A program made the position numbers and the translations under genes. From an uncultured Gammaproteobacteria bacterium (lineage in GTDB: Bacteria > Patescibacteriota > Microgenomatia > UBA12405): a stretch of DNA of 57,877 nucleotides. Positions 43,852-52,608 of the stretch are shown in pieces (position 1 is the stretch's first letter; every line of letters begins with the position of its first letter). The notes under the pieces are model-generated. The model saw only the letters and a program-made list of their open reading frames with translations, was not told where the DNA came from and did not search any database. Location: positions 1 through 57,877 of the forward strand of contig CAYTYZ010000006.1 of NCBI GenBank assembly GCA_964442385.1, given 5' to 3'.

Positions 43852-44772
43852 ATGGCTAAGAACAAAGGAAACGGAAACGGAAACGGCAGCGGTAAGGGGG
43901 GTGGCCCCAAGAACCACCAGACCGCCGCGGAGCGCTACGAAGAGCGCGGGAAGCGATCTCAGCCGTCGACGAAGAGTCGGCTGCCGGGGCAGCAACCCCT
44001 AGAGCCCACCTTCGGGTTCAATTTCAGCGTGATGGTTGGCATCGTGACCGGATTCATCGGCTCGACCATCAGGTTGCTGAACGGCAAATTCGTCGTCCGC
44101 GAAAACCAGCGCACGCTGGTTGGTGGCGAGGATGGCAAAGTCACCCTCAAGCTGTCCGGAAGCGTCAGCTCAACCGTGACTTACCTGTGGGAAGGTGACC
44201 ATATCATCGTCATGCTCGAGAAGGGCACTGACAACTGGTATTGGACTACTGTGGCCAATTGGGTCAACACCTTCCCGACCGAGAGCGTTTTCCGAAGCGT
44301 CAACGTCAACGGCACGCCTTTCTGGCGTGGCTTTGGCCTGCCGGGGCCCGAGGTGTCGACTTCCATCACCCAGCTCATGCTGAGCGGGCAGGAAGTCCGC
44401 ATCAAGGAAAACATTGGCAATGCCCAGAGTCAGCTCTGGGTGCCCATGCCCGACCGTATGGCCGGGGCTCGCTGGATCGTTGTTTGCCTGTTGCGCTCCG
44501 CGCGACAGGTCACCAACCTCTACGGCGTCAATCTTGATCCCGAGGTGTTCGACGGGTTCGTGGCCAAGATGGCCACGGGCGAGATCGGCTTCAACGAGTG
44601 CGAGGCGGAAATCGCCTCTGCACTTCAGGCGAAGAAGGCGGAAACGCTTCCTATCGCCGATGTCACCCAGGATGCCCCCGCTTTGGCGGAGGCGTCCACC
44701 GCAGAGCCCGCCCCGGAGCCCGCCATCGAGGCGGCGCCGGAAACGGTCAACGAGCAGGCCATTCTGGCCTAA
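43852..44772 (+). CDS. Orphan G+C-rich protein (306 aa) with a basic Gly/Asn-rich N-terminus, a beta-rich core and an Ala/Pro/Glu-rich tail
   Basis: AAGGAGG lies 7 nt before the ATG. Third codon positions are overwhelmingly G or C in this frame only. Two 60-nt lines I counted by hand are 57% and 68% G+C. Confidence 0.65.
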   Translation: MAKNKGNGNGNGSGKGGGPKNHQTAAERYEERGKRSQPSTKSRLPGQQPLEPTFGFNFSVMVGIVTGFIGSTIRLLNGKFVVRENQRTLVGGEDGKVTLKLSGSVSSTVTYLWEGDHIIVMLEKGTDNWYWTTVANWVNTFPTESVFRSVNVNGTPFWRGFGLPGPEVSTSITQLMLSGQEVRIKENIGNAQSQLWVPMPDRMAGARWIVVCLLRSARQVTNLYGVNLDPEVFDGFVAKMATGEIGFNECEAEIASALQAKKAETLPIADVTQDAPALAEASTAEPAPEPAIEAAPETVNEQAILA

Positions 44773-44790
44773 GGAGTAACGCCTGATTGG

Positions 44791-44839
44791 TGTCTGTGGC
44801 GTATGCGCAAGCATATGCCACAGACATCTTTCTTTTTCT
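44791..44839 (+). terminator. Strong rho-independent terminator
   Basis: A 16-bp stem TGTCTGTGGCGTATGC / GCATATGCCACAGACA (one G-U) with a GCAA tetraloop, then TCTTTCTTTTTCT. Confidence 0.85.
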
Positions 44840-44858
44840 AAAATCTATTTTTTAGCTT

Positions 44859-44887
44859 TTGGAAAAATAAAGACACGGTGGTAACAT
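44859..44887 (+). promoter_or_regulatory. Promoter of the second island gene
   Basis: TTGGAA (44859-44864), a 17-nt spacer, then TAACAT (44882-44887). Confidence 0.4.
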
Positions 44888-44891
44888 ATTG

Positions 44892-44914
44892 CACGTGAAC
44901 ATTTTGTTCATGTG
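44892..44914. promoter_or_regulatory. Palindromic operator-like site over the predicted transcription start
   Basis: CACGTGAACA-ttt-TGTTCATGTG: 10-bp arms with one mismatch. Confidence 0.45.
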
Positions 44915-44945
44915 TTCTTTCAAATACAAAAAGGAGCAAACTATC

Positions 44946-45524
44946 GTGTCAAGCCAGTTTTTTTACACCGCTAGTGAAAAAAATGCCCGCGCCCTTTGTG
45001 ACAAGGCCAATCTTTTGCTGTTTTTCATCAAAACGCTTCGTCCCAGCTTTTGGGACCTGGACCGGTTTTCAATACACTTTGCTAATCCGCCCAAGCAGAT
45101 CAAATCTATACTTAAATACAGTTGTGTAGATGGCAGGTATAGAATTGAAGTTGAATCAGATTCGCTTCTTTGCCGACTAGTAGATCTCATGACTAGTTGT
45201 GGATCGGAGTTTTATGGCAAGTGGTCCTCAACAGGTCCTCTTCTTGAGCCATCGGTAGAACCTGTCTACTTTAATTTTGGGGATCGCAGACTTGTTTTCG
45301 TCCTGGACGAGTTTTACCTTTTCTGTGTCAGTGCCGAGCTTGAGCAGTTTCGCTGGTCCTTTATCGGCAACGAATTCCGCTACAAAAATCCTCATCTAGT
45401 CACCGTTCTCCAGCTAATGCAACACTATAACCCCAGAATGGCCATAAATATTGAGGGTCCCTACAGCGAGCCAAAGCAAGACTGGGTCCATCCTCCTGAA
45501 GGAACCTTCAGTTTCTTTGGTTAA
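44946..45524 (+). CDS. Orphan hypothetical protein (192 aa)
   Basis: Start refined to GTG 44946, with AAGGAG 9 nt upstream. No motif recognised. G+C is intermediate. Confidence 0.5.
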   Translation: MSSQFFYTASEKNARALCDKANLLLFFIKTLRPSFWDLDRFSIHFANPPKQIKSILKYSCVDGRYRIEVESDSLLCRLVDLMTSCGSEFYGKWSSTGPLLEPSVEPVYFNFGDRRLVFVLDEFYLFCVSAELEQFRWSFIGNEFRYKNPHLVTVLQLMQHYNPRMAINIEGPYSEPKQDWVHPPEGTFSFFG

Positions 45525-45542
45525 GTGAAACTTTGAAAGATC

Positions 45543-45575
45543 AAGCCCGGCAGTTAATTCTGTCGGGCTTTTTTT
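45543..45575 (+). terminator. Rho-independent terminator
   Basis: AAGCCCGGCA-gttaattc-TGTCGGGCTT followed by a T-run. Confidence 0.8.
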
Positions 45576-45602
45576 ATGCCTAAAAACAGTTAAAATACAG
45601 CC

Positions 45603-46649
45603 ATGTTGGATATAAAAAGCTTCTCCTATAGTTTGCCCAAAAGCAGTATCGCCTCTACCCCAGTCACACCTCGTGACCATTCTAAACTACTTGTTTTTAA
45701 CCGCCAAACAGGGGAGTATCAAGATCAACATTTTTACAATCTAGTCGATTTACTAACCGAAAATGACGTACTAGTTCTAAACCAAACTAAAGTTTTTCCT
45801 GCTCGTCTTTTTGGCACCAAACCCACCGGAGGCAAGTGTGAAATTCTACTACTCAAACAGCTGACGACTAACAGCTATGAATGTATTGGTACTAATTTAA
45901 AGTCTAATTTAAAAATAACTTTTTCAAGCAATCTTTTTGGTCAAATTATTTCTCACAATACTGTTCAATTTAATCTGTCTGGACTGGAGTTATTACAAGA
46001 ATTTAATCTAATCGGTCACACCCCACTTCCGCCCTATATCGTCGACAATACAGACTCAGAAACCGAATTAAGAACAAAATATCAAACCGTCTATGCTAAA
46101 ACTGGTAGCAGTGCTGCCGCACCCACCGCAGGGCTACATTTTACAACCGAACTTTTAGAAAAACTAAACCAAAAAAATATTCAAATTGAGTTTGTTACGC
46201 TCAATGTTGGCCTTGGAACTTTTCAAAACCTTCGGCCAGAAAATCTTTCTACAAAAACCTTGCATACTGAGTCCTTTGATTTAGAACCAGCCGTAGCCAC
46301 ACGCTTGAATTTAGCCAAACAAGACGGAAAACGTATTATTGCCGTAGGTACCACCACTACCCGAGTGCTCGAAACTTGCACCGAAAATAAAGTTTTAGTA
46401 CCTCAAAAAAATAATACCAATATCTTTATTTTTCCAGAATACCGCTTTAAATTTGCAGATTCGCTTATCACCAATTTTCATTTGCCTGAATCCAGCCTAC
46501 TAATGTTAGTCTCAGCCTTTACTACTTTTCCCAATACTTCCCCAAAATTTACTAACTTTTTGTCGTCTCCTGTGGGCAGAGCCTACACCCACGCCATTAA
46601 TTCTGATTACCGCTTTTTCTCTTTCGGCGATGCTATGTGGATTAGCTAG
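45603..46649 (+). CDS. queA: S-adenosylmethionine:tRNA ribosyltransferase-isomerase
   Basis: FSYSLPKSSIASTPVTPRDHSKLLV, LNQTKVFPARL, YQTVYA, GSSAAAPTAGLHFT and AVGTTTTRVLE. Confidence 0.9.
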   Translation: MLDIKSFSYSLPKSSIASTPVTPRDHSKLLVFNRQTGEYQDQHFYNLVDLLTENDVLVLNQTKVFPARLFGTKPTGGKCEILLLKQLTTNSYECIGTNLKSNLKITFSSNLFGQIISHNTVQFNLSGLELLQEFNLIGHTPLPPYIVDNTDSETELRTKYQTVYAKTGSSAAAPTAGLHFTTELLEKLNQKNIQIEFVTLNVGLGTFQNLRPENLSTKTLHTESFDLEPAVATRLNLAKQDGKRIIAVGTTTTRVLETCTENKVLVPQKNNTNIFIFPEYRFKFADSLITNFHLPESSLLMLVSAFTTFPNTSPKFTNFLSSPVGRAYTHAINSDYRFFSFGDAMWIS

Positions 46650-46654
46650 TATAA

Positions 46655-47173
46655 TTGATTGTGCTAAGAAAAATAATCCTTCTGGCTTTAATGTTAGGTT
46701 GTTTTATTTCTTGGCCGCTTTCACTAGTAAGGTCTCCGGCTAAACAAAATCTAAAGCTGATCTTTAGCCACCAGACACCAGACGAACTCCAGGCCTTTGG
46801 GGAAAAACTTTCTCTTACCACTAGTCCCATAAAAAGAATCTACTATAACAAGTCAACTCTATTTTTAAACCGTTATTTTTCCAATCTAGTAAATCTACTC
46901 GACCCCAATAACTATTTTTTCAATTCACACCCCAGGGGAGATGTTAGTTATTTTGTCTACAGACAAAAATTTCCTTATCTCTATATTTTTCCTTTTATAT
47001 TAGGCCTTTTTACTTATATAGACTCTAGGAAAAACAAATTATTATTCACTGCTGCCATTTATCTATTTTTGCTATCATTTTTCGAGAATACTGATTTTTT
47101 GGATTTCGGCCTGTTTTTTCTAATCAACTACTTTATTTATTTAGGACTTAAAAGATTATTAAAACTCTCTTAA
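46655..47173 (+). CDS. Membrane protein resembling an internal segment of the adjacent glycosyltransferase
   Basis: LLDPNNYFFNSHPRGD..FPYLYIFPFILGLFTYI parallels LSPRALFSLGDPGGRF..LPFYIYGLYLLI in 47188..48741. Confidence 0.45.
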   Translation: MIVLRKIILLALMLGCFISWPLSLVRSPAKQNLKLIFSHQTPDELQAFGEKLSLTTSPIKRIYYNKSTLFLNRYFSNLVNLLDPNNYFFNSHPRGDVSYFVYRQKFPYLYIFPFILGLFTYIDSRKNKLLFTAAIYLFLLSFFENTDFLDFGLFFLINYFIYLGLKRLLKLS

Positions 47174-47187
47174 TTCTTATTCTAGTT

Positions 47188-48741
47188 TTGGTACTGGGAT
47201 TTATTCTTAGGTTTTATCTTCTGGGTCAAACCCCAGCAGGACTTTATGCTGATGAAGCTTCCTTGGGTTATAACGCCTATTCACTCTTAAAAACTGGCAA
47301 GGATGAGTATGGCATGTCCTATCCAATCTTAATTCGTTCTTTTGGGGTTTATGCTGCCCCTATATATACCTATTTATTAATGTTACTTCTGAATTTTCTA
47401 GAATTATCAGTTTTTACTATCAGACTTCCCTCAGCCATATTTTCCACATTAACTATATTGTTTGTCTTCTTACTTGTTTTCGAAGTTAGTAAAAACAAAA
47501 AGTTAGCCTTGCTTTCTTCTTTCTTAATTTCACTTTCTCCTTGGCACTTGGCTTTTTCAAGAAGCTTGTATGAGGCCACCTTGGCTCTCTGCTTTTTTGT
47601 TCTTTCCCTTCTGTTTTTTTATAAATCCTTTTCCAAGAGGTTCTTCCTATTTCCCAGTGTTGTTCTCGCTAGTCTGTCCATCCTCTCCTATCCAGCCTAT
47701 AGAATCATCACCCCTCTAACTTTTTTCTTTTTACTTCTTGTCTATAGGAAAAATGTACTTTTTGCCCATAACTTAAAAACCGTATTTATTTCATTTGTCT
47801 TAGGGCTATTGTTACTGTTACCCACCCTGGCGATAGTAAACACAGCTGGCTTTAAAGCTAGACTCAGTAGTACAGGAATAGGACATGGAGGTATGTCTAT
47901 CACAAGCGAATTTTTGTCGCAATACTTTTTCTATTTATCACCCAGAGCGCTTTTTTCCCTGGGGGACCCGGGAGGCAGATTTTCTTTTCCAGATCTACCG
48001 CCATTTTTTCTCTGGCAATTGCCTTTCTATATCTACGGTCTATATTTGTTAATATCGAATAGAAAACAAAATCAGAGTTTATCTAGCCTAATTTTTATTT
48101 TATTTCTTATCAGCCCCATTGCTGCTGCCCTAACCAAAGATCCATTTTCTTCAATTAGATCTCTACCCCTGTTAATTCCAATAACTATAATCATAAGTTT
48201 TGCCATAATCCACATCCTTAAAAACCACAAACTTCTCATGCTGTTTCTCACTCTTGCTAGTCTCTTTTCTTTAGGACGTATCTATTTATCGGTCTTCAAA
48301 TTTTCCGATTATTATAGACATGTATCTTGGGACTATGGAGCACAGGAATTGTCTTGGAAGTTATATCAATACAAACCTATTCCGATAATAGTCGATAATA
48401 GCCGGGGTCTTTTATATTCTCAATTTTTATTTTTTTATCGCTACAATCCCACCAGCTACCAGATTGACAATCCCGATACCACTTCCGAAAACTATTATGA
48501 CAAAATTTCAATTGAACCCAACAAAAAAATAGATAATATTATCTTTAGACCAATATATTGGGAAAAAGATGTCTATCTAAACCAAATAATTGCTGGAGAC
48601 AGTCTGTCAATAAGTGATGAACAAATTGCCGAACACTGCTTGACCCTATTACATGAGATCAATGGTTTTTCCCACAATCTCCTGTATCGAATCGTAAAAA
48701 CTAATCCACAAAAGAAGTTAAAAAATCACAATTGTTTCTAA
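47188..48741 (+). CDS. ArnT/PMT-like (GT39/GT83-type) membrane glycosyltransferase
   Basis: GLYADEASLGYNAYSLLKTGKDEYG lies in the first loop, with more than 10 TM segments. The start is TTG; the frame is open a further 12 codons upstream without a canonical start. Confidence 0.65.
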   Translation: MVLGFILRFYLLGQTPAGLYADEASLGYNAYSLLKTGKDEYGMSYPILIRSFGVYAAPIYTYLLMLLLNFLELSVFTIRLPSAIFSTLTILFVFLLVFEVSKNKKLALLSSFLISLSPWHLAFSRSLYEATLALCFFVLSLLFFYKSFSKRFFLFPSVVLASLSILSYPAYRIITPLTFFFLLLVYRKNVLFAHNLKTVFISFVLGLLLLLPTLAIVNTAGFKARLSSTGIGHGGMSITSEFLSQYFFYLSPRALFSLGDPGGRFSFPDLPPFFLWQLPFYIYGLYLLISNRKQNQSLSSLIFILFLISPIAAALTKDPFSSIRSLPLLIPITIIISFAIIHILKNHKLLMLFLTLASLFSLGRIYLSVFKFSDYYRHVSWDYGAQELSWKLYQYKPIPIIVDNSRGLLYSQFLFFYRYNPTSYQIDNPDTTSENYYDKISIEPNKKIDNIIFRPIYWEKDVYLNQIIAGDSLSISDEQIAEHCLTLLHEINGFSHNLLYRIVKTNPQKKLKNHNCF

Positions 48742-48766
48742 CCCCATTTATTCTATACAATCAACC

Positions 48767-49438
48767 ATGACCACCGTTCGTATCCATCCTTCATGGCAAG
48801 CCCTTTTGCAAGACGAGTTTATTAAGACTTATTTTCAAGAATTAGTTCAGTTCGTAAAAGGGGAGTATGCAACCAAAACTGTCTTTCCACCCGCCAAAAA
48901 TATTTTTGCCGCTTTTGATAATTGCTCATTAGATACGCTAAAAGTTGTAATTCTAGGTCAAGATCCATATCATACCCCAGGTGTTGCCAATGGTTTGGCT
49001 TTTTCCGCCAACCAAGGCAACCGTATACCCCCAAGCTTACAAAATATATTTAAAGAAATAATTTCTGAATATGGAGGTGAGATGCCAAAAAATCCTGATC
49101 TGACATATTGGGCCAACCAAGGTGTTTTACTCTTAAACACTACTCTTACAGTTCTACAGGGACAGCCTATGTCGCACAAAGACAAGGGCTGGGAGACCTT
49201 TACCGATGCTGTCATAAAAAAAGTATCTGCTACCAATACTAATTTAGTTTTTATGCTTTGGGGGGCCCATGCTCAAAAAAAGAATGATCTTATTGACTCC
49301 CAAAAACACCTAATTCTCACCTCTCCGCACCCCTCACCTTTTTCTGCCCACTCGGGATTTTTTGGCAACTACCATTTTCGACTTTGTAACGAATATTTAG
49401 TACTTCACAATTTACCTGAAATTATATGGAAAAACTAA
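48767..49438 (+). CDS. ung: Uracil-DNA glycosylase (family 1)
   Basis: VILGQDPYH, GVLLLNTTLTV and LTSPHPSPFSA. Confidence 0.9.
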   Translation: MTTVRIHPSWQALLQDEFIKTYFQELVQFVKGEYATKTVFPPAKNIFAAFDNCSLDTLKVVILGQDPYHTPGVANGLAFSANQGNRIPPSLQNIFKEIISEYGGEMPKNPDLTYWANQGVLLLNTTLTVLQGQPMSHKDKGWETFTDAVIKKVSATNTNLVFMLWGAHAQKKNDLIDSQKHLILTSPHPSPFSAHSGFFGNYHFRLCNEYLVLHNLPEIIWKN

Positions 49439-49770
49439 TTGGTATTGCCTTATTGTTTGTTGGCGAAGTTCTGGCAATAAATGCCGAACTCTTTGTTTCT
49501 GTGGCTTTAAAAAATGAACAAAAAATTCTCCCAATATTTATCAAAAATAGCCTACTTTTTACCTTATCTGGCATACTGTGTATTTCTGGTTATTATTTAA
49601 TATACAAGTCCACCAGGAATATCTGGTTTGCCAGTTTTATTTCAATACTAGGCATCATTATTGCCGAACCAATTTCCACGTATTTAATATTCCACGAACT
49701 GCCCCAGAGGGGCACTTTAATTGGAATAATTCTAGGTATTTTAGGCCTACTGGCTACTATTTTTCTCTAG
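49426..49770 (+). CDS. Small 4-TM membrane protein
   Basis: 114-aa hydrophobic ORF overlapping the end of ung by 13 nt. Confidence 0.45.
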   Translation: MEKLIGIALLFVGEVLAINAELFVSVALKNEQKILPIFIKNSLLFTLSGILCISGYYLIYKSTRNIWFASFISILGIIIAEPISTYLIFHELPQRGTLIGIILGILGLLATIFL

Positions 49771-50268
49771 GTTATCAATTTCTTTTATTCGGTTTTCAGC
49801 CACCTCAGACTTCTGGTCAAACAAAAAACTTGCTCTAATCTTTTTACCCTGTATAACCCGCTTTAGCCAGTACCTGTCATCGGCCCACATTTTGTCAAAG
49901 GGAATTTTGTCAAAGTCAAACCACTCTGGTTTCATTTCTTCCGACTCTGTTGGCTCTCCAACCCATTTATTGACCCTAAAAACACTTACTTTCTGGTTCC
50001 AGTCTGGTTTGTGTGCAAAATAAAAGTCAATTACACCCATCATTTCCATATTTTCAATCTTAACCCCAATTTCTTCTTCAGTCTCACGTATTGCCGCCGT
50101 CTCTATGTCTTCGCCTTCGTTCTTTTTCCCACCAGGTCCATTATATTTTCCAGTTCCAAATCCTCTTTTCTTCATAGCCAAAAGTATTTTTCCATCCCTA
50201 AATAGTAAACACAAAGTAGCCTCTTTTACAGGTTCACCCCAAGTTTTAATATAGTTTTCCAAATCCAC
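49747..50268 (-). CDS. Nudix hydrolase (MutT-like)
   Basis: GPGGKKNEGEDIETAAIRETEEEIGV. Confidence 0.8.
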   Translation of the reverse strand: MDLENYIKTWGEPVKEATLCLLFRDGKILLAMKKRGFGTGKYNGPGGKKNEGEDIETAAIRETEEEIGVKIENMEMMGVIDFYFAHKPDWNQKVSVFRVNKWVGEPTESEEMKPEWFDFDKIPFDKMWADDRYWLKRVIQGKKIRASFLFDQKSEVAENRIKEIDNLEKNSSQ

Positions 50269-50272
50269 AATC

Positions 50273-50854
50273 TTAGTAAACCAATAGTTTTACTTTTTCA
50301 ATAACTTTCTTCCAGGGAACCAGGCCAGGAAGAACTACTAAAAGTAACATAGTAATGCCAATTCCAACTATAGATCTTGGCTCAAAACCTTCTCTAAATA
50401 TAGTTTCAATATTTTTATCCAAGGCATTAGCGCTACCCACCCAAAAACTATAACTCAATATCCGACCACCTAAAAAGGAAATAGCCAGCAGTTTGGGATT
50501 TAGCTTCGACAAGCCAGCTACTATAAACAGCTGATTAGATGGCAAAGGATAAAATGCAAACAACAAAAAAAGTGGAATGCTCAATGTTTTATGACTACCA
50601 AGTTCTTCACCCAGAGCCTGATAATTATTAGCCATATTCTTTGGCAAATGTGATTGAGTAATAGTTGAAACGTAATACAGGGTTAGTCTACCCATAAGTG
50701 CAAAACTTGCCCCCAAGATTACGGTAAAAATAGGATTCAAGTTATTTGTTGTCTGAAAAAAAGCCAATACCATCCAAGTTGGTGGCATAAAAGCCGGCAA
50801 GGCGTTTACCACATATACCACCCCACATAACCATAAATAAGGCAATATACCCAT
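50273..50854 (-). CDS. Membrane protein (VTT/DedA-YqaA-like)
   Basis: 193 aa with about 5 TM segments. The pattern LPAFMPPTWMVLAFF..GASFALMGRL resembles YqaA-type proteins. Confidence 0.4.
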   Translation of the reverse strand: MGILPYLWLCGVVYVVNALPAFMPPTWMVLAFFQTTNNLNPIFTVILGASFALMGRLTLYYVSTITQSHLPKNMANNYQALGEELGSHKTLSIPLFLLFAFYPLPSNQLFIVAGLSKLNPKLLAISFLGGRILSYSFWVGSANALDKNIETIFREGFEPRSIVGIGITMLLLVVLPGLVPWKKVIEKVKLLVY

Positions 50855-50903
50855 TACTCTATGCTACACTAACCTAAGAAAATAGTTATAATTTAAAATA
50901 AAT

Positions 50904-51206
50904 ATGAAAGGTTTTCTAAACTTTGTCCGTGAGCAGGGTGTTGTAGGCCTTGCTGTAGGTATTATTTTAGGTGGCGGTGTTGGCAAACTAGTGGGGTCAC
51001 TAGTTGATAACATTATCAACCCAGTATTAGGCATAATTTTAGGTGCCGCTGGTGGCCTAAAAGACTATTCCGTTGAGGTCATGGGTGCCAAACTAATGTG
51101 GGGTGCTTTTACAGCCTCACTGATTGATTTCCTGGTAATTGCTCTAGTGGTCTATTTTGGTGTTATGGCGCTTGGGCTAAACAAACTTGACAAGAAAAAG
51201 GCCTAA
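50904..51206 (+). CDS. mscL: Large-conductance mechanosensitive channel
   Basis: FLNFVREQGVVGLAVGIILGGGVGKLVGSLVDNIINPVLG. Confidence 0.85.
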   Translation: MKGFLNFVREQGVVGLAVGIILGGGVGKLVGSLVDNIINPVLGIILGAAGGLKDYSVEVMGAKLMWGAFTASLIDFLVIALVVYFGVMALGLNKLDKKKA

Positions 51207-51955
51207 GTTTTAGGTAAGTTTAAAACTTGTTTTACAAGCTTTTTAAACCAAAAGTCCCTATACTTTTCCATAAAAGATAGGGACTTTTTTGTTGCCCATA
51301 TATTTACCGACTCACCAAAAAATTTTCTAGATTCACTTCTAAATTGCAAATACTCGTCTACTAGGTAAAAATGATAGTTATCGAGTGTTATCTTTTCATC
51401 CCAACTCTCAAAAAGAATTTCAGGCATATATTTTTGTATTAATTTGCAAGCTCCTTTAAAAATTTGCTCTTCCGCCCCTTGAGTATCACTTTTAATAAAA
51501 TCAATTTTTATATTTTTAATTAAATCATCCAATCTGTCCATTTTCACCTCTTCCTTTTGCCTGTCTTTGGTTGCAAAAATGCTATGGTCACCAAAATTTA
51601 CTTTAGATAAATATAATTTTGTTTTTTTCTTTTTATCACCCAGGGCAATTTGATATGCCTTTATCTGTTTTTCTACTTTATTGTATTTTATATTCTTAAT
51701 TAGCAATTCATAATTATGTTTATTTGGTTCAAAGGCAAAAACATTACACCCAAGTTTTGCCGCAAGCACGCTATAGTAGCCAATATTTGCTCCTGCATCT
51801 ACTATATTCATCCCTGGACGTAAATAATCTAAAACTAGTTTGGTTAAAAACGGTTCGAATTTTCCCAAAGCTATTCTTTCCCCAATTTCTCTGTCAGCCG
51901 TATTAAAAAAAAACTGTGAACCTAATTTTCCCACTGGACTAAGTGCAATAGTCAT
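51203..51955 (-). CDS. FkbM-family SAM-dependent methyltransferase
   Basis: IVDAGANIGYYSVLAAKLG..VFAFEPN. Confidence 0.75.
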   Translation of the reverse strand: MTIALSPVGKLGSQFFFNTADREIGERIALGKFEPFLTKLVLDYLRPGMNIVDAGANIGYYSVLAAKLGCNVFAFEPNKHNYELLIKNIKYNKVEKQIKAYQIALGDKKKKTKLYLSKVNFGDHSIFATKDRQKEEVKMDRLDDLIKNIKIDFIKSDTQGAEEQIFKGACKLIQKYMPEILFESWDEKITLDNYHFYLVDEYLQFRSESRKFFGESVNIWATKKSLSFMEKYRDFWFKKLVKQVLNLPKT

Positions 51956-51972
51956 ACGGTATACTACTATCT

Positions 51973-52608
51973 ATGCAAGATTTATTAAACCTCATACTTC
52001 ACTTCGATAAACATTTAGCAGAATTTTCGCAAAGTTATGGACTGCTAGTTTACGGCCTGGTCTCCCTAATAATTTTTTCAGAAACTGGTCTAATTTTTGC
52101 CTCTATTCTTCCGGGAGATTCTTTGCTTTTTGCTGCAGGAGCTCTAACTTCTGCTGGTATCTTTCCACTCCCTGTTTATCTCTTGTGGTTAATGCTAGCC
52201 GTTGCAGCAATCTTGGGTGATGCGCTCAATTATCAGCTAGGCAAACACTTTGGACGCAAAATATTTAAAAAAGATAGTCGACTTTTTAGTCTAGAAAAAC
52301 TTCATATGGCCGAAGCATTTTATAAAAAACACGGTGGTAAGGCCATTATTTTAGCTAGATTTGTACCGTTTGTACGAACATTTGCACCTTTTGTAGCCGG
52401 AGTGTCTGATATGAATTATTACGAATTTGCCCGCTACAATATTGTGGGTGGAATACTTTGGGTTACTTCGTTTGTAGGTTTAGGTTACTTTTTTGGCACC
52501 ATACCCTTTGTCCAGCATAATTTTCATTATCTTATGTTTGGGATTGTGGCTTTCTCAGTAATTCCAGTATATCTAGAATTTAAAAAGCCTAGGCAAAAAG
52601 ATCTCTAG
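51973..52608 (+). CDS. DedA-family membrane protein
   Basis: LPGDSLLFAAGAL, LGKHFGRKIF and ARFVPFVRTFAPFVAG. Confidence 0.8.
   Translation: MQDLLNLILHFDKHLAEFSQSYGLLVYGLVSLIIFSETGLIFASILPGDSLLFAAGALTSAGIFPLPVYLLWLMLAVAAILGDALNYQLGKHFGRKIFKKDSRLFSLEKLHMAEAFYKKHGGKAIILARFVPFVRTFAPFVAGVSDMNYYEFARYNIVGGILWVTSFVGLGYFFGTIPFVQHNFHYLMFGIVAFSVIPVYLEFKKPRQKDL

Noticed and set aside
43778-44814. Many long overlapping ORFs on both strands, for example 44170..44814 (-) at 214 aa, 44414..44779 (+), 44241..44537 (+) and 43778..44002 (+).
   Set aside because: They are the usual stop-codon-poor shadow frames of G+C-rich DNA. Only the 43852..44772 frame has G/C concentrated at third positions, an SD and a non-repetitive protein. 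The shadow translations are Arg/Pro/Gly-rich, as expected from off-frame reading of G+C-rich codons.
43595-45602. The dipZ-queA insert considered as a bounded mobile element.
   Set aside because: I found no flanking direct repeats longer than a few A+T-rich bases, no terminal inverted repeats, no recombinase and no tRNA target. Horizontal origin rests on composition only.
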